Of a DNA stretch of 64,000 nt, positions 11,709-25,082 are shown one piece after another. A program made the translations under genes and the position numbers. Location of the stretch: contig CM126203.1 in assembly GCA_052327205.1 (NCBI GenBank), forward strand, positions 146,196,001-146,260,000. Reading direction: 5' to 3'. Positions within the stretch are counted from its first letter, which is position 1. Every line of letters begins with the position of its first letter. The notes under the pieces are model-generated. The model did no database searches and was not told the DNA's origin. It was given only the letters and a program-made list of their open reading frames with translations. Source of the stretch: Somniosus microcephalus (Eukaryota).

Positions 11709-11920
11709 TGTAGTGTATGTACCTTTAAGAGAGAACTACTTTTACAGCTCCTGTATACTGTAGTACCGGCAGTGACCACACCTGTATATAAGCCTTGAGC
11801 ATGCCTCTGTATTGTCAGTCTTGAGACTACCCTACTCCAGTAAACACCTGTTGATTGTTAAGTTACAGCCTCCGTATAGTTATTGGAAAATATCATACTT
11901 TAAGAATCACTGATTCAACA
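11709..11920 (+). repeat. 3' LTR of Gypsy A
   Basis: Preceded by PPT, followed by TSD GATAA. Confidence 0.95.
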
Positions 11921-12214
11921 GATAAGTACCTGAAGGAGAAAAATTTGCAGGGCTACGGGGCAAGGGCGGGGAACTGGGGCTAGCTGAAGTGCTCTTGCAG
12001 AGAGCCTGCTTGTCTCGATGGGCTGAATGGCCTCCTTCTGTGCTGTAACCATTCTATGATTCTAAGCTGTGCCCACCCATAGTGCAGGAAGTAGGCCATG
12101 CAAATTAGTTATATAAGGCTTATTTTGAACAGTCTGCAGGCACAGGAAAAGCTTCCTTGGGTAGGTTGACATTTAGCAGACTTGGTTGGTGAGAAGAACA
12201 TCTGACAAGACTAT

Positions 12215-12896
12215 GGCCTAGAAATTCACTAGCCTTAGCGCCGCTTTTGAGGCGCTAGAGGGACTAGCGCCAGAGTTATGGCCAGTTGAAAAATTCCCTG
12301 GGGCCCTAAAGCGGCGTTGCACCGGTAGCGCTGCGCCGGCACCGATGACGTCATCGGTGTGCGCAGCGTCCCGGTTGCCATGCCGACGGGCCCCAGCGCC
12401 GAAATTCAGTTGCGGCCGCCTCGCCCGTGGCAGCCGCAACTAAGACTCTGGCAACAGAGTCCAACATGTGTTTGCGCCGGCGCATTAAAGGCCCCGTGGC
12501 GGCCGGCCGCTTTCCCGCCGGCCGCCTGCCCGCAGCTCCCTCCCCGGACTTCTCCCCCCCCCCCGGAACAGATGCAAGCCCGGCACTTGTCCAAGGTGCC
12601 GGGCTCATTTTTGAGGAGATTTGCGCGGGCCGCGGCCGGGTGCAGGCAGCTCCTCCTTAACGGAAGGAGGAGGCCTGCACTTCCCCAGCCTGCCGCACCG
12701 CATCGGGTGCCGCAGCGCCGGAATTGCGGCGCGAAACGGCAGTTAGCGCCCTTTTCCAGGCGCTAAGACCCTTCAGTAGCGCCGGCAGCCGTTTGGGCGC
12801 GGCGCCACTGAATTTTTGGCGCGCGCAGGGGACTTAGCGCCGGCACTAATTTCCGGCGCTAAAGCCCTGGCTAAGCCAAAACCCAATTTCTAGGCC
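12215..12896. mobile_element. GC/CpG-rich Harbinger-type MITE
   Basis: TIR GGCCTAGAAATT / AATTTCTAGGCC; TAT duplication; repeated subterminal TAGCGCC; second copy begins at 63853. Confidence 0.85.
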
Positions 12897-12989
12897 TATA
12901 GCTCTTAAAGGACTACTGTTCACCATAAAAGCGGAAATTATAGTGATGGCACAAAAGTGCATTAATTTGTTCACAATGGCACAGTGAAA

Positions 12990-13450
12990 ACATGTTGGAA
13001 ACACTGCTGCCTTTGGTGCTGAAGAGTTGAAGGTGCTTCTGCAGCAGCTGCACCAAAGGAGGGTGGTCCTGTTTGGGTCTGAGGACCATGCACCAGTAAA
13101 ATCACAGGTGCCAGCTGAATGGAAGTAGTGCTGGCAAATGAGGATCAGCAAATGGCTGAGATGTCCAGGACAAGGTACTTCTATGCTTTTAGGAGTAACT
13201 CGGCAGGGCCAGCAGTCAAAGATACAGAGTATAACCTAAGAGTCAACCACCCAGTATTTCCTCTGCTCAAATAAGGCAACCATTGTGGACTATTGCAGAA
13301 TGAAGGCATCATGACTGTTTCCTGGATAACGGCAAGTGATGTGTATGATACTGTTTCTGTTGTCAGATACCATCTGAACATTAATTGAGTGCAAGCCCTT
13401 TCTCTCCATGAAGGCCATCGGGTTGATATGAAGAGCCCAGATGCCCACCA
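12990..13450. pseudogene. decayed Harbinger remnant (Myb/SANT-like piece on +, HARBI1-like transposase piece on -)
   Basis: Plus strand AFGAEELKVLLQQLHQRRVVLFG; minus strand RKGLHSINVQMVSD...RYPGNSHDAFIL. Confidence 0.7.
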
Positions 13451-14470
13451 ATGTTACTGCTAAGTTGCATGGCTGCACAGTGGTCTGGAGTTCATGTGCA
13501 GGCCGCTCACCGGCTTTTACATGGAAGAAACTGTGCATGCGTGAAAATTTGAATGGGCCGCGCAGCCAATTAAAGGTACCGGGCACGAAAAAAAAATGAT
13601 AGGGAACATTGATGTCCACATGGGTTCCATGTGCAACCGAGGGAACACTGCCACCCAGTGAAAGCTGTGCATCCTGTTCAGCTAATGCTTCCTTTCCAAG
13701 AGAAAAGTCATCAAGGTGTTATCAGGTGCAAACAAAATGGATGTCACTTCCCTGATACATTTGCACTGCAGTCTAAATGATGAGACAGATGTGCCTGGGT
13801 TCATTTGGAAGGATGTGTAGCATAAAAGCTTCATGCTGCAGTAACCTTCACTTCTATGGAAGAACCATCCTGGATCCAGATGTTGGGTACAGATCATTCT
13901 GTAGGAGATGACAGAGCTCTGTGACAGCCTGTCTTGTAAAGCAGAGGCAATGAAGACATGATTCATCTGACTTGTACAGATGCAGGTCTTAGGATAGAGA
14001 TGGGTGTGACCAAAGGATCTCAGCAACCATTTCACCTGCCTTCGTTGGCCCTTCTTGAACGCTTCCTTCTTGTCTCAATTATGGAGCGCATTCAGAACTT
14101 TATTTGAATGTAGAGCTGGCAGCTAAGAAATGGCAAACTGCTGAGGCCTGCTGGTCAATGGGCTCCTCTACTGTTAGGGGGTTTCTCAGTGGGGGCCCAG
14201 AGACATATCTATCCTGATTTATTTCTAAGGTGCCACATCACAGCCAGCAGTATACAAGAATAACAAAAACAAAAAATGTAAAAATGGATGGTCTTCTAGG
14301 CAAAACTAACTAATGAACAGCACAAAATGCAGCAAAGATGCGATAAAACCACAAAAGAAAACAAAAAGAAATCTTCAGGAAATCTCTTTAAATGGCCTGC
14401 TTTAGCAGGTGAGTTCCCAGGAGTCCTTTTTGTACCCAGCTTTTATGGGTGAATCTTATACTGTGGGTGG

Positions 14471-14504
14471 AACCCTAACCCTAACCCTAACCCTAACCCT
14501 AACC
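14471..14504. repeat. short interstitial telomeric repeat (CCCTAA)5
   Basis: AACCCTAACCCTAACCCTAACCCTAACCCTAACC. Confidence 0.9.
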
Positions 14505-17469
14505 TGAACTCAAAATTGGCAGCCTTGTAAATTCTGGCATGTAGTGAAGATTACAACAGCTTGGCCCCTGCCTGCACCCATCTTAATGCTTAGGAAATTC
14601 ATAGAGGGGTCATATCTGTCAAGCATCCCAGATTCTCGGCGAAACTGATTTTAGTCATGAAATAAAGTACTTATCATGCTTGGACTAAAGAGCTAAATCC
14701 ACAGCTAGGCATTCACAGTGTGTAGCGATGCTCACAGGGAGCACAGTCTTGGAAATTATGTGATTTTATGTTCATTATTTAAATGGATGGAAAATAACAG
14801 TCAGCACATCTGTGATTTCCTGAGCTGTGTTCCCTGTTTTACAATTAGACACTTCTCTTTCTATCGCTCAGTCTCCAAAGGAGGCAAGTAAGACAATGCT
14901 ACAGAAGCAGGGTTGTTTCTATTTTCATAATATATGAGAATGCGCCATTAAAAGCATAGTATCCATAGTTTAAATTGAGCACCTTCACATGTAATGGATA
15001 CTGGCACAGCTCCAGGACATGCTCTTACTCTCAAGCAAGAAAAATAAAGAGTAAACAAAGGGCAATTCCGCAATCTGGTCTCCTCAGTGGGGACCGATGC
15101 TCAAGGGGGCACTGTAATGTATATACCTTTAAGGGGGGGAACTACTTTTTACAGCTCATGTATACTGTAGTACCGGCAGTGACCACACCTGTATATAGCA
15201 CTGAGTAGTAATCTGTACAGGCAGTTCCACTGTGAGCCACGTTGAGTAAACACCTGTTGTACCGTTCTCCGCAGTCTGTGTCTTATTATACCCAGACACA
15301 ACATTGACGATGAGGCAAGTTCGAGCCTACCTGCAACTCTGCATCACCTCCCGGGGATTCGTTCCTGGAGATCAGTGGATTGGAGGTCAAGGCCAGAGAC
15401 TCGGGCGTCGACCACAGGCAACCGCCCAGTCATCCAGCAGAGACTCGAGAATTGCGGGGGAGGCTGTCGAGAGCCAGGCTTGGCTTTCCAGTCGAGGTGG
15501 TCCAGCGAAACGGGCTGGCAACAGGTAGTGCGCAGACCCTTCCCGGACAGCGGCGGGCTAGAGCCCGACCGAGCGGCACAGCAAAGGGCCGAGCAGCGTC
15601 GACGGGGGAGAGAGAGAGAGGGCAGAGAGCACAGGGCGCAGCCGGTGTTCAGGGGCCGAGCAGTGTCGGAGCGAGGGAGAGAGAGATGCGCAGAAACCCG
15701 CGAGGCGCCGCCATTGCCACGAGGACCGCCGAGAGCGGCGTTGGCAGCAGCGCAGGAGAAGCGCGCGAAACCTACAGGGCACCGCCATTGCCACGAGAAC
15801 CGCCGGGAGTGGCGTTGGCAGCAGCGGGGGAGGAAGGAAAGCACAGGAGATGCCATTTTAAGCCATTGGGAGATGCCATTTTAAACCACACCCAAAATGC
15901 CGAAGAGTGGCAGTATCACCGCATTTGACAATGAAGTCGAAGATTGGACTACATATGTCGAACGAATAGAGGTGTACTGCAAGGCAAATGAGGTGTCAGA
16001 TGATAAGAAAGCGTCGGTATTGTTAAATTTAATGGGTGCAAAGACGTATGGTTTATTACGAAATCTAGTAACCCCAACGAAGCCAATGGAAAAGAGTTTT
16101 GAAGACATAGTAACGATACTAAAGGAACATTTAAACCCCACACCGCTGCTGATAGCAGAAAGATTCAAGTTTCACAAACGGAACCAGCATAAGGATGAAA
16201 GCAATGCTGATTATTTAACAGAACTGCGCAAACTATCGAAACACTGCCAGTTTGGAGCGGGACAGGCAGATACCTTAAGGGACAAGTTTGTGTGTGGGCT
16301 TCAAAGTGAAGGAACCCAGAAACGGCTTTTATCTGAAAAGGACCTTAAGCTGGAAAAGGCTTTCAGCATTGCGGTATCATATGAAGCAGCAGCACGGGGC
16401 GCTGCAGAGATACAACAGAGACCGCAAGAATATGGCACAAACGAAATGTCATATGGAACAGAGAAGTGCTATCGCTGCGGCAGAACAACACACAACCAGA
16501 ATGATTGCTGGTTCAAAGACAAAGTGTGCAGGCAGTGTGGAAAGGTAGGACACATAGCACGAGTCTGCAGGTCGGGAAAGAAAACCAGGAATAAGAAACC
16601 TACCAAAGGAAAGTACAAGAAGGTACATAAGATGACGGAGAATAGTTCAGACGAACAAAAGATTGATAATGACTCTGAAAGCAGGGAACTGAGTTGTCTG
16701 AAACTACATAATGTGATCACAACGGAGGATCACCGAACCATTTGGGTCACTCTCAGGATAGCAGGAGTCCAGGTAAAGATGGAATTGGACACAGGATCAG
16801 CCCTAACAGCCATAAACCGATGGGACTACGAGCGGCTATTCTTACACATACCCTTGAGAGACACAAAAATTATTTTGAAGACGTACACGGGGCAAAAAGT
16901 CTACCCCAAAGGAAAAATAAGGGTGACCGTTATATATAACGGTAAGGAAACACCAAAACTAGACCTGTATTTATTGCAAGATGCAGGACCACCATTACTG
17001 GGACGTGAATGGATCCGGAAAATACAACTGGATTGGCATTCCATACAGGCACCGACTGTGGCTGACAAAAAGGATGATGACGTCACACCTGGGCGACTGT
17101 CAAAGATCCTAGCTGACGCGAAAGAAGTGTTCCAGCAAGGACTCGGAACACTAAAAGGCATGACAGCGACGATTAAAATTGAAGAAAATGCAAGCCCAAA
17201 ATTTTTTAAGGCCAGACCGGTACCTTATGCGATCCGCCCAGCCGTCGAAGCAGAGCTGGAGAGCCTGGAATGTTCAGGTATACTGTCCAAGGTAGACTGG
17301 AGCGAGTGGGCTACACCCATCGTCCCTGTGATGAAAAAGTCGTTGAGCAGCACGCATGGGGATCCAAGGAAGGTTTGCATCTGTGGAGACTTTAAGGTAA
17401 CAGTGAACCCGGTCCTTCACACCGTACAATATCCACTTCCGCGGATTGAAGATATTTTCGCCTCGCTAT

Positions 17470-20400
17470 TGTAGTGATCAATAGCATGTCATTCTATAGT
17501 GGACACTAGGTGGAGCTGTGTAGAGCTGTATATAGCTGTATGTTTAAGACTACATTACCCATGAGGCACTAGGCTACCCAGAAGGCAACAGTCAAGATGG
17601 CAGCCTGCACACAGGAGCACACATGGAAGCCTCTACAGATACTGTACCTAGAGAACGTGTACTGAATAAATAACTAGCTAGAAGCTAGCTGTGTTCATAA
17701 TAAGAATGTCTAGTTATTAATGAACATAACATGGTACTAGGGTGGTGAAGATCTGCTGAAAATTGTGAAAAGCAACATGGAGAATTTGAAGCCACCAGGA
17801 GGTTTGAATCTCGAGGGAAATGTCGACTACAATTGGCGGATTTTTAAACAACAATTCGAACTCTACATTGCAGCCATCGGATTCGGTACGAAGCCAGACG
17901 CAAGGAAGATAGCGTTGCTGCTTACGGTTGCAGGCCCACAGGTGATAGAGGCATTTAATACATTTGTATTTAATCCAGCGGAGAACAGAGAAAAATTAGA
18001 AGATGTGCTAAAAAAATTTGATGCACATTGCTCTCCCAAAAAGAATGAGACGTATGAAAGATACATCTTCCGTTCTCGGACACAGCAACAAAATGAGACT
18101 TTTGTTAGCTTTATAACTGATCTGAAACGGAAAGCACAGACATGTAATTTCTCTGAGCTCAAAGCATCCATGATTCGTGACCAGATTGTGTTTGGTATTC
18201 ATGATAAAAAAGTCAGGGAACGTCTGTTGAGAGAAACCGAACTAAATTTGGAAAATGCAGTGAAAATATACAAAGCCAGCGAGCTAGCTCGAAATCACGC
18301 GAAGACTTTCAGTGAAATCAATAATGATGCGAATGTAATGAGTGATAATGCTGTTGTTGGTGCTGTGTCCTACAAGGGGAAGAAACGTGGGCAGAACAGA
18401 AATGAAAAGCAATCGGAGGATGAATTTTTAATTGTAAACGCTGTAGTTACAAACACCAGTTAAGACAATGCCCAGCGTTTGGAAAAATGTGCACAAAGTG
18501 TAATGGAAAGAATCACTTTGCCAAACAATGCTTTTCAAAAGTAAAAACGACGAAAGGGCAACGAGTTAATGTGATTGAGGACACTGATGTAAGTGAGACA
18601 TTTTTTGTAGGAATGGTGTCATGTGATGATATCAAAAAAGATACAGAAAATGTGCAGCCCTCAGAAATAGACAATGCTGAACATAAAGTTAATGCAGTAG
18701 AAGAGGACAAATGGATGATCCCACTGCAGATAAATGGAGCATTAGTTACATTGAAACTGGACACTGGGGCAAAAGCAAACTTAATCAGTATGAGTGACAT
18801 TAACAATATCAAAGAAAAGCCCAAAATACAGAAAAAGTCTGTACTACTGAAGGATTATAATGGACAGAAAATAGATAGCTTAGGTGTATGCAGACTTAAA
18901 GTGACAGTCAAAGACAAAGTGCATCATCTCATGTTTTCTGTTGTGGCTGAAAGGCTTGATTCACTACTGGGTGACAAAGCTTGTGAGGACTTAGAACTGG
19001 TCAAAAGAGTCTACCGTATAAACTGTGCCATAAGCAGACCAGATGACTCGGTGGATTCTGTAGTGAATAATTTCCAGGATGTGTTCAAAGGATTTGGAGT
19101 TCTACCATTCACTTACAAGATCCAGCTAAAGCAGGATGCTCAGCCAGTGGTACATGCTCCACGAAGAGTTCCAGCACCCCTGCGTGACCGGCTCAAGAAT
19201 GAACTGGACAGAATGACCACACTAGGAGTCATCAGGAAAGTCAAAGGGCCAACAGACTGGGTTAACTCCATGGTATGTGTAAAGAAAAAGAACAATGATC
19301 TAAGAATATGCATGGATCTAAAGGACTTAAATGCAAACATAAAACGTGAACACTACCAGATTCCCAAGCGAGAAGAAATCACCAGTGAAATGTCAGGTGC
19401 CAGATACTTTACAAAGCTCGATGCCTCACAAGGATTTTGGCAACTAAAACTGGATGAAGAGAGCACCAAATACTGTACCTTCAACACACCATTTGGCAGG
19501 TATTGTTTCCTCAGAATGCCTTTCGGGATAATATCTGCATCTGAAATCTTTCATAGAGCGATGGAACACATAATTGAAGGTCTGGAAGGAGTTCGGGTCT
19601 ATGTTGATGACATCATCATCTAGGGCTCCACACTGAAAGAACACAATGAGAGACTGACTAAAGTGCTACAGAGCATACGCCGGAATGGACTGAAGCTCAA
19701 CAAAGCCAAGTGTCAGTTTGGCGTCCAGGAAGTCACTTTCCTAGGAGATAATCTATCTGGTAAAGGAATAGAGCCAGATATGGAAAAAGTAAACGCCATA
19801 CTCAAAAAGCCCCGACCCACTGACAAAAAAGGAGTGCTACGCATCATGGGGATGATGAACTTCATTGGAAAGTTCATTCCTAACTTGTCAGCCAAGAGAG
19901 CCTGTCTGCGAGACCTGCTACATAAAACAAATGAGTTCGCATGGACAGAAAGACATGAACAAGAGTGGATAAACCTCAAAACAGTGCTGACAACCACACC
20001 TGTACTCACCTTCTTTGACCCAACCAAAAGAATCAAAGTGTCAACGGATGCATCAAAAGATGGCCTCGGTGCGGTCTTGCTACAAGCAGATGGTGAAGAT
20101 TGGAAGCCTGTTGCCTATGCCTCCAGGTCTATGACTGATACTGAGTGTCGATACGCCCAGATTGAAAAGGAATGTCTAGGCTTGGTAGTTGGACTAGAAA
20201 AGTTTCATGGCTACATATATGGACTTCCCACCTTCACAGTTGAGACAGACCACAGCCCTCTGGTTGCCATCATTAAAAAAAACCTGAAAGAGATGTCTCC
20301 AAGGATTCAACGACTCATGATGAAGCTGCAAAGATATGACTTTGAACTGATCTACACACCAGGCAAATACATAGTGTTAGCAGATGCATTATCCCGAGCA

Positions 20401-22116
20401 CCCACAATGAGTCATGTGAGCTCTACTGAAGAAGACGTGTATGTTCATGTGAGTATGGTCACTGCTGCGCTGCCCGTGTCAGACACAAAATCAAAGCAAA
20501 TAGCAGAAGAAACAGTAAAAGATACAGTATTACAAACAGTAATAGAGAACATTCATCATGGTTGGCCAAAAGGTTCCTGTCCAAAATATTTTCACATAAG
20601 GTCAGAATTGAGTGTCGCAAGTGGACTATTACTAAAACAGAACAGAATAGTCATTCCACAGGCTCTACGTCAAGACATGCTCAAAAGGATTCATGAGGGA
20701 CACCTCGGAATTGAAAAATGCAGAAGGAGAGCAAGAGACACTGTTTATTGGCCTGGCATAAATAAGGACATTGAGAACATGATAGGCAAATGTGAGACAT
20801 GTCAGAAACACCAAAGCAAACAAGCAAAGGACCCAATGATAGTAGCTGACATACCAACAGCAGCATGGCAAAAGGTTGGTATGGACCTTTTTCATTTAAA
20901 TGGTAAAGACTAGTGATTGACTACTATTTTAACTATCCTGAGATGGCGCTGCTCTCAAGCACCACAGCAAGCAGTGTCATAATGCATGTGAAATCCATCT
21001 TCGCCAGACATGGAATTCCCAGGATTGCCGTTAGCGACAATGGTCCGTGCTTCAACTGTAAGGAGTGGCAACAGTTTGCAGCACATTATGACTTTCAGCA
21101 CATCACATCCAGTCCTTTGTATGCTCAGTCAAATGGTAAGGCAGAGAAAGGTGTTCAAGTTCTCAAGCAGCTACTGAAGAAAGCGACAGAAAGCAAGTCT
21201 GATCCTTATCTCGCCCTGCTGAGCTACCGAGCCTCACCTTTAGACTGTGGTTCTTCACCTGCTGAACTACTAATGGGTCGCAAGTTGCGCACCACGCTAC
21301 CCTGCTGTGCAAAAGAACAGCAAAGTGAGGAACTGAGACAGAGACTTCAACTGTTAAAGCTGAAACAGAAATCATACTATGACAAGTCATCCAAAACTCT
21401 AAAACCATTGACAAAGGATGATGTTGTCAGGATTGAGGATCCAGATGCATGGAACAGGAAAGCTACAGTTCTTGAGGAAGTAGGACCAAGGTCATACACT
21501 GTTAGAACTGAGGAAGGACAGATTCTCAGGAGGAACCGCCGTTCCCTCCTAAAAACACAAGAGACTATTCAAGACCAGATTGATGACAATGCCGCAACTG
21601 CATCTTGTCATTCACCGCCAGAACAATCTCATGAAGACACATCAGACTTACCCGTGTTGAGAAGATCCACACGTGAAGTAAAAGAGCCTGATAGACTTAA
21701 TCTTTGAGTACAATGTAAAGCTTTGAAAATGTGTTGACTGTTTTGAAAATGTTTATGTTTATAGAGCACTAACAAAAGTGTTACTGATATTATCTTTATT
21801 GTTTTCTTGAAAGTTGATTGATATTGATTTTGTTAAACCTCAAAGAAAGGGGGATGTAGTGATCAATAGCATGTCATTCTATAGTGGACACTAGGTGGAG
21901 CTGTGTAGAGCTGTATATAGCTGTATGTTTAAGACTACATTACCCATGAGGCACTAGGCTACCCAGAAGGTAACAGTCAAGATGGCAGCCTGCACACAGG
22001 AGCACACATGGAAGCCTCTTCAGATACTGTACCTAGAGAATGTGTACTGAATAAATAACTAGCTAGAAGCTAGCTGTGTTCATAACAAGAATGTCTAGTT
22101 ATTAATGAACATAACA
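17470..22116 (+). mobile_element. Ty3/Gypsy LTR retrotransposon C nested in the RT of B
   Basis: 262-bp LTRs 17470-17731 and 21855-22116 (~4 mismatches); TSD GCTAT; PBS TGGTACTAGG (tRNA-Leu TAA-like, imperfect); PPT AAAGAAAGGGGGA. Confidence 0.97.
17777..21707 (+). pseudogene. gag-pol of Gypsy C (frameshifts and stops)
   Basis: ORFs 17765..18463, 18487..19623, 19663..20913, 20913..21707: CCHC, LDTGA, YVDD, TDAS, HEGH..C..C, SDNGP. Confidence 0.93.
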
Positions 22117-25082
22117 GCTATCTGGAGGGAAACGCTTCACTAAGATTGATCTAGCCCAGGCGTATCTGCAAATGGAGGTAGAAGAGGCATCAAAAAAATA
22201 CCTCACAATCAACACCCATAAAGGTCTCTACCAATACAACCGGCTGGTATTCGGGGTAGCATTAGCTCCGTCTATTTGGCAGAGGGCAATGGAACAAGTC
22301 CTGTAAGGGATCCCAGGGACCCAGTGTTATTTGGACGACATCCTGGTCATCGGTGAAAATGACAGTGATCACCTTGCCAACCTGGAGCAGGTGCTCACTA
22401 GATTGCAGGAATATGGGCTCCGAGCTAACCGCCCCAAATGCGAGTTTTTTAGAAAACGGATCTTGTATTGTGGCCACGTTATCGATAAAGAGGTGTTACA
22501 TAAGTCCCCAGAGAAGATTGAGGCAGTAGTCAAGGCTCCAGCACCGGAAAATGTGTCACAACTGAGGTCGTTCCTCGGGCTGGTAAACTATGACCATAAG
22601 TTCTTGCCAAATTTGTCTACAATACTACACCCACTGAACACCCTACTGCAAACTGGGGTGCCATGGAAGTGGAGTGACGAATGTAGACGAGCTTTCCAGA
22701 AGAGCAAAACACTAATCACATCGAAAGAGGTATTGGCCCATTACAACCCGGCATTACCAATTCGGTTGGCATGTGATGCGTCACCCTACGGCATTGGAGC
22801 CGTGCTGTCGCACAAATTCTCGGACGGCTCAGAGAGGCCAATAGCCTTTGCATCACGATCACTAACCTCAGCAGTGCGTAACTATGCCCAGATTGACAGG
22901 GAGGCCCTCAGCCTAGTGTGGGGAGTGAAAAAGTTCAATCACTATCTGCACGGGCAGAAATTCACCTTGCTGACTGATCACCAGCCTCTTGTCTCCATTT
23001 TTAATCCGAAGAAGGGCGTTCCGGTAATGACTGCGCAGCGACTACAAAGATGGTCACTTTTTCTAGGGGCGCACCACTATGAGATTGAATATAAGGGCAC
23101 GAAACAGCATGGAAATGCTGATGGGCTATCACGCCTGCCACTGCCTACTGCGGAGGAAGCACCAGCAGTGGATCCTGTCGAAATATTCCATTCGACTATA
23201 GTTGAATACCTACCGGTAACTAACGCTTGTATCGAAAAGGAAACCCGAAATGACCCGACACTGTCTCGGGTATATGATTTGACGGTGAAGGGATGGCCAG
23301 CACATGGCGACTCACTGTTGCCAGCATTCTCGACAAGGAGAGAACAGCTGTCAGTGTGCCGGGGGACCTTGATGTGTGGATCCCGAGTGGTAATTCCACC
23401 CAAGTTAAGGGATAGAGTGCTCAATGAGCTTCATGAGGGTCATCTGGGAGGGGTAAAAATGAAAAGCCTAGCCAGGGCTTATGTGTGGTGGCCGGGAATC
23501 GATCAACAAATCGAGGACCTGACCAAGAGCTGCTCAGGATGCCAGAAAGTCCAAAATGCAGCACCACAGGCCCCTCTACACCCATGGGAGTGGCCCTTAT
23601 CTCCATGGCAACGGGTGCATATTGATTTTGCTGGTCCACTCATGGACTCAATGTTTTTAATAGCTGTGGATGCGCACTGAAAATGGCCTGAGGTCATGAA
23701 AATGTCCTCCACCACCACGGAGAAAACTATTGCAGTCTTACGGACCATTTTTGCCAGGAATGGCTTGCCAGAACAGATTTGCTCCGACAACAGACCACAG
23801 TTTGTGTCCGAAGCGTTCCGGAGGTTCTTGAGAAAGAATGGGGTAAGGCATTACACATCCGCCCCGTATCATCCAGCCACAAATGGATTGGCTGAGAGGT
23901 TCGTACAAACCTTTAAGAAGGCAATAAAGGCTATGTACAATGACAACATTCCGCTGCTGCACAAGGTGGACAATTTCCTGTTCGCCTACCGGAATGCGAC
24001 ACATGCAGTCACCAACCAGGCCCCAGCCATGATGTTCTTTAACCAAAGGTTAAGATCTCACCTGGATTTGCTCAGACCAAACGTACAAAGAGATGTTGAG
24101 AGTAAGCAACTCCAGCACATCCATGAGAAACCAACAAGGAGCTTCAATGTAGGGCAACCAGTCTTGGCCCGCGACTACCGAACAGAAAAATGGCAGCCAG
24201 GAACGATATGCACACGGCAGGGCCCACTAATGTACACAGTGGACGTTGGGGAGAGCATCGTGAGATGCCATGCTGACCAGATCCTAGAGTCACAGGAACA
24301 AGTCAACCCCATGCCTCGCCCATACGTACCTGGTGATGAACCCGACGTACAGGTCGCATCTACCCCAGAAACAGTAGCATCGGAAGCTGATGAACCAACC
24401 GATGACAGGGGGCCAGAATCGCCTCCGCACCAAGAGCAAGACACTTGGGAAAGGCACTATCCAGAAAGGATCAGGAATCCTCCCCAATGACTGAATATAT
24501 AAATAGACCATTTTCAGCTAATGTTGCATGTTAAAAGTGTTAATTGTAATTAGTTTGATATTTAATTGTTAAATGAGTGTTATGGTACTGTTAATCTAAA
24601 AGGGGAGGAATTGTAAGGTATATACCTTTAAGGGGGGAACTACTTTTTACAGCTCATGTATACTGTAGCACCGGCAGTGACCACACCTGTATATAGCACT
24701 GAGTAGTAATCTGTGCAGGCAGTTCCACTGTGAGCCACGTTGAGTAAACACCTGTTGTACCATTCTCCGCAGTCTGTGTCTTATTATACCCGGACACAAC
24801 AGGCACATCTCAGCAAATCGTGGAATTGCGTGCCTACCCGAGATATTCTCCCTGCGAGTAATGCACTCCACTGTACGTGCTAGATCATGGAATGATTAGC
24901 AATAGCATTAAGTAGTGGCTGTGGCACAGATAAGCAGGTTGAGAAGAGAAAAGAGAGATAGAACAGTGAAAAAGAAGTGTGCAGTACAGGACTGCTACAT
25001 TTAAATTACACTAAGGAAAAAAGTATTTGGCTCAGTTTCACAGTGATGCAACCAGGTGAGACTACCTTCTTCAAGACAGTAT

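Larger units (their letters stand above)
6284..11920 (+). mobile_element. Ty3/Gypsy LTR retrotransposon A (full length, inactive)
   Basis: 212-bp TG..CA LTRs at 6284-6495 and 11709-11920 (~6 mismatches); TSD GATAA; PBS TGGCGACGAGG (tRNA-Ser GCT-like); PPT AAAAGGGGAGGAA; order PR-RT-RH-IN. Confidence 0.97.
4505..12063 (+). mobile_element. 5'-truncated CR1 LINE split by a MITE (4973-5815) and Gypsy A (6284-11920)
   Basis: RT/C-terminal motifs KFTDDTKLG, KCEVIHFG, RPKLEYCVQFW. The sequence resumes across both insertions and ends in a CATTCTATGATTCTA tail. Confidence 0.85.
15897..24502 (+). pseudogene. gag-pol of Gypsy B (split at 17470-22121, internal stops)
   Basis: ORF 15897..17474 (gag, PR, start of RT) resumes as SGGKRFTKIDL at 22121; RT YLDD, RNase H, integrase HHCC/DDE. 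Confidence 0.93.
15113..24801 (+). mobile_element. Ty3/Gypsy LTR retrotransposon B (sister of A), interrupted by Gypsy C
   Basis: LTRs 15113-15303 and 24612-24801 (~5 substitutions + 1 indel); TSD GGCAC; decayed PBS TGACGATGAGG; PPT AAAAGGGGAGGAA; proteins highly similar to A. Confidence 0.97.

Noticed and set aside
15304-15928. Overlapping 160-180 aa ORFs in Gypsy leaders (also 6396-7314) and in GC-rich MITEs
   Set aside because: Stop-poor GC-rich repetitive DNA with no recognisable domains; frames are not conserved between A and B
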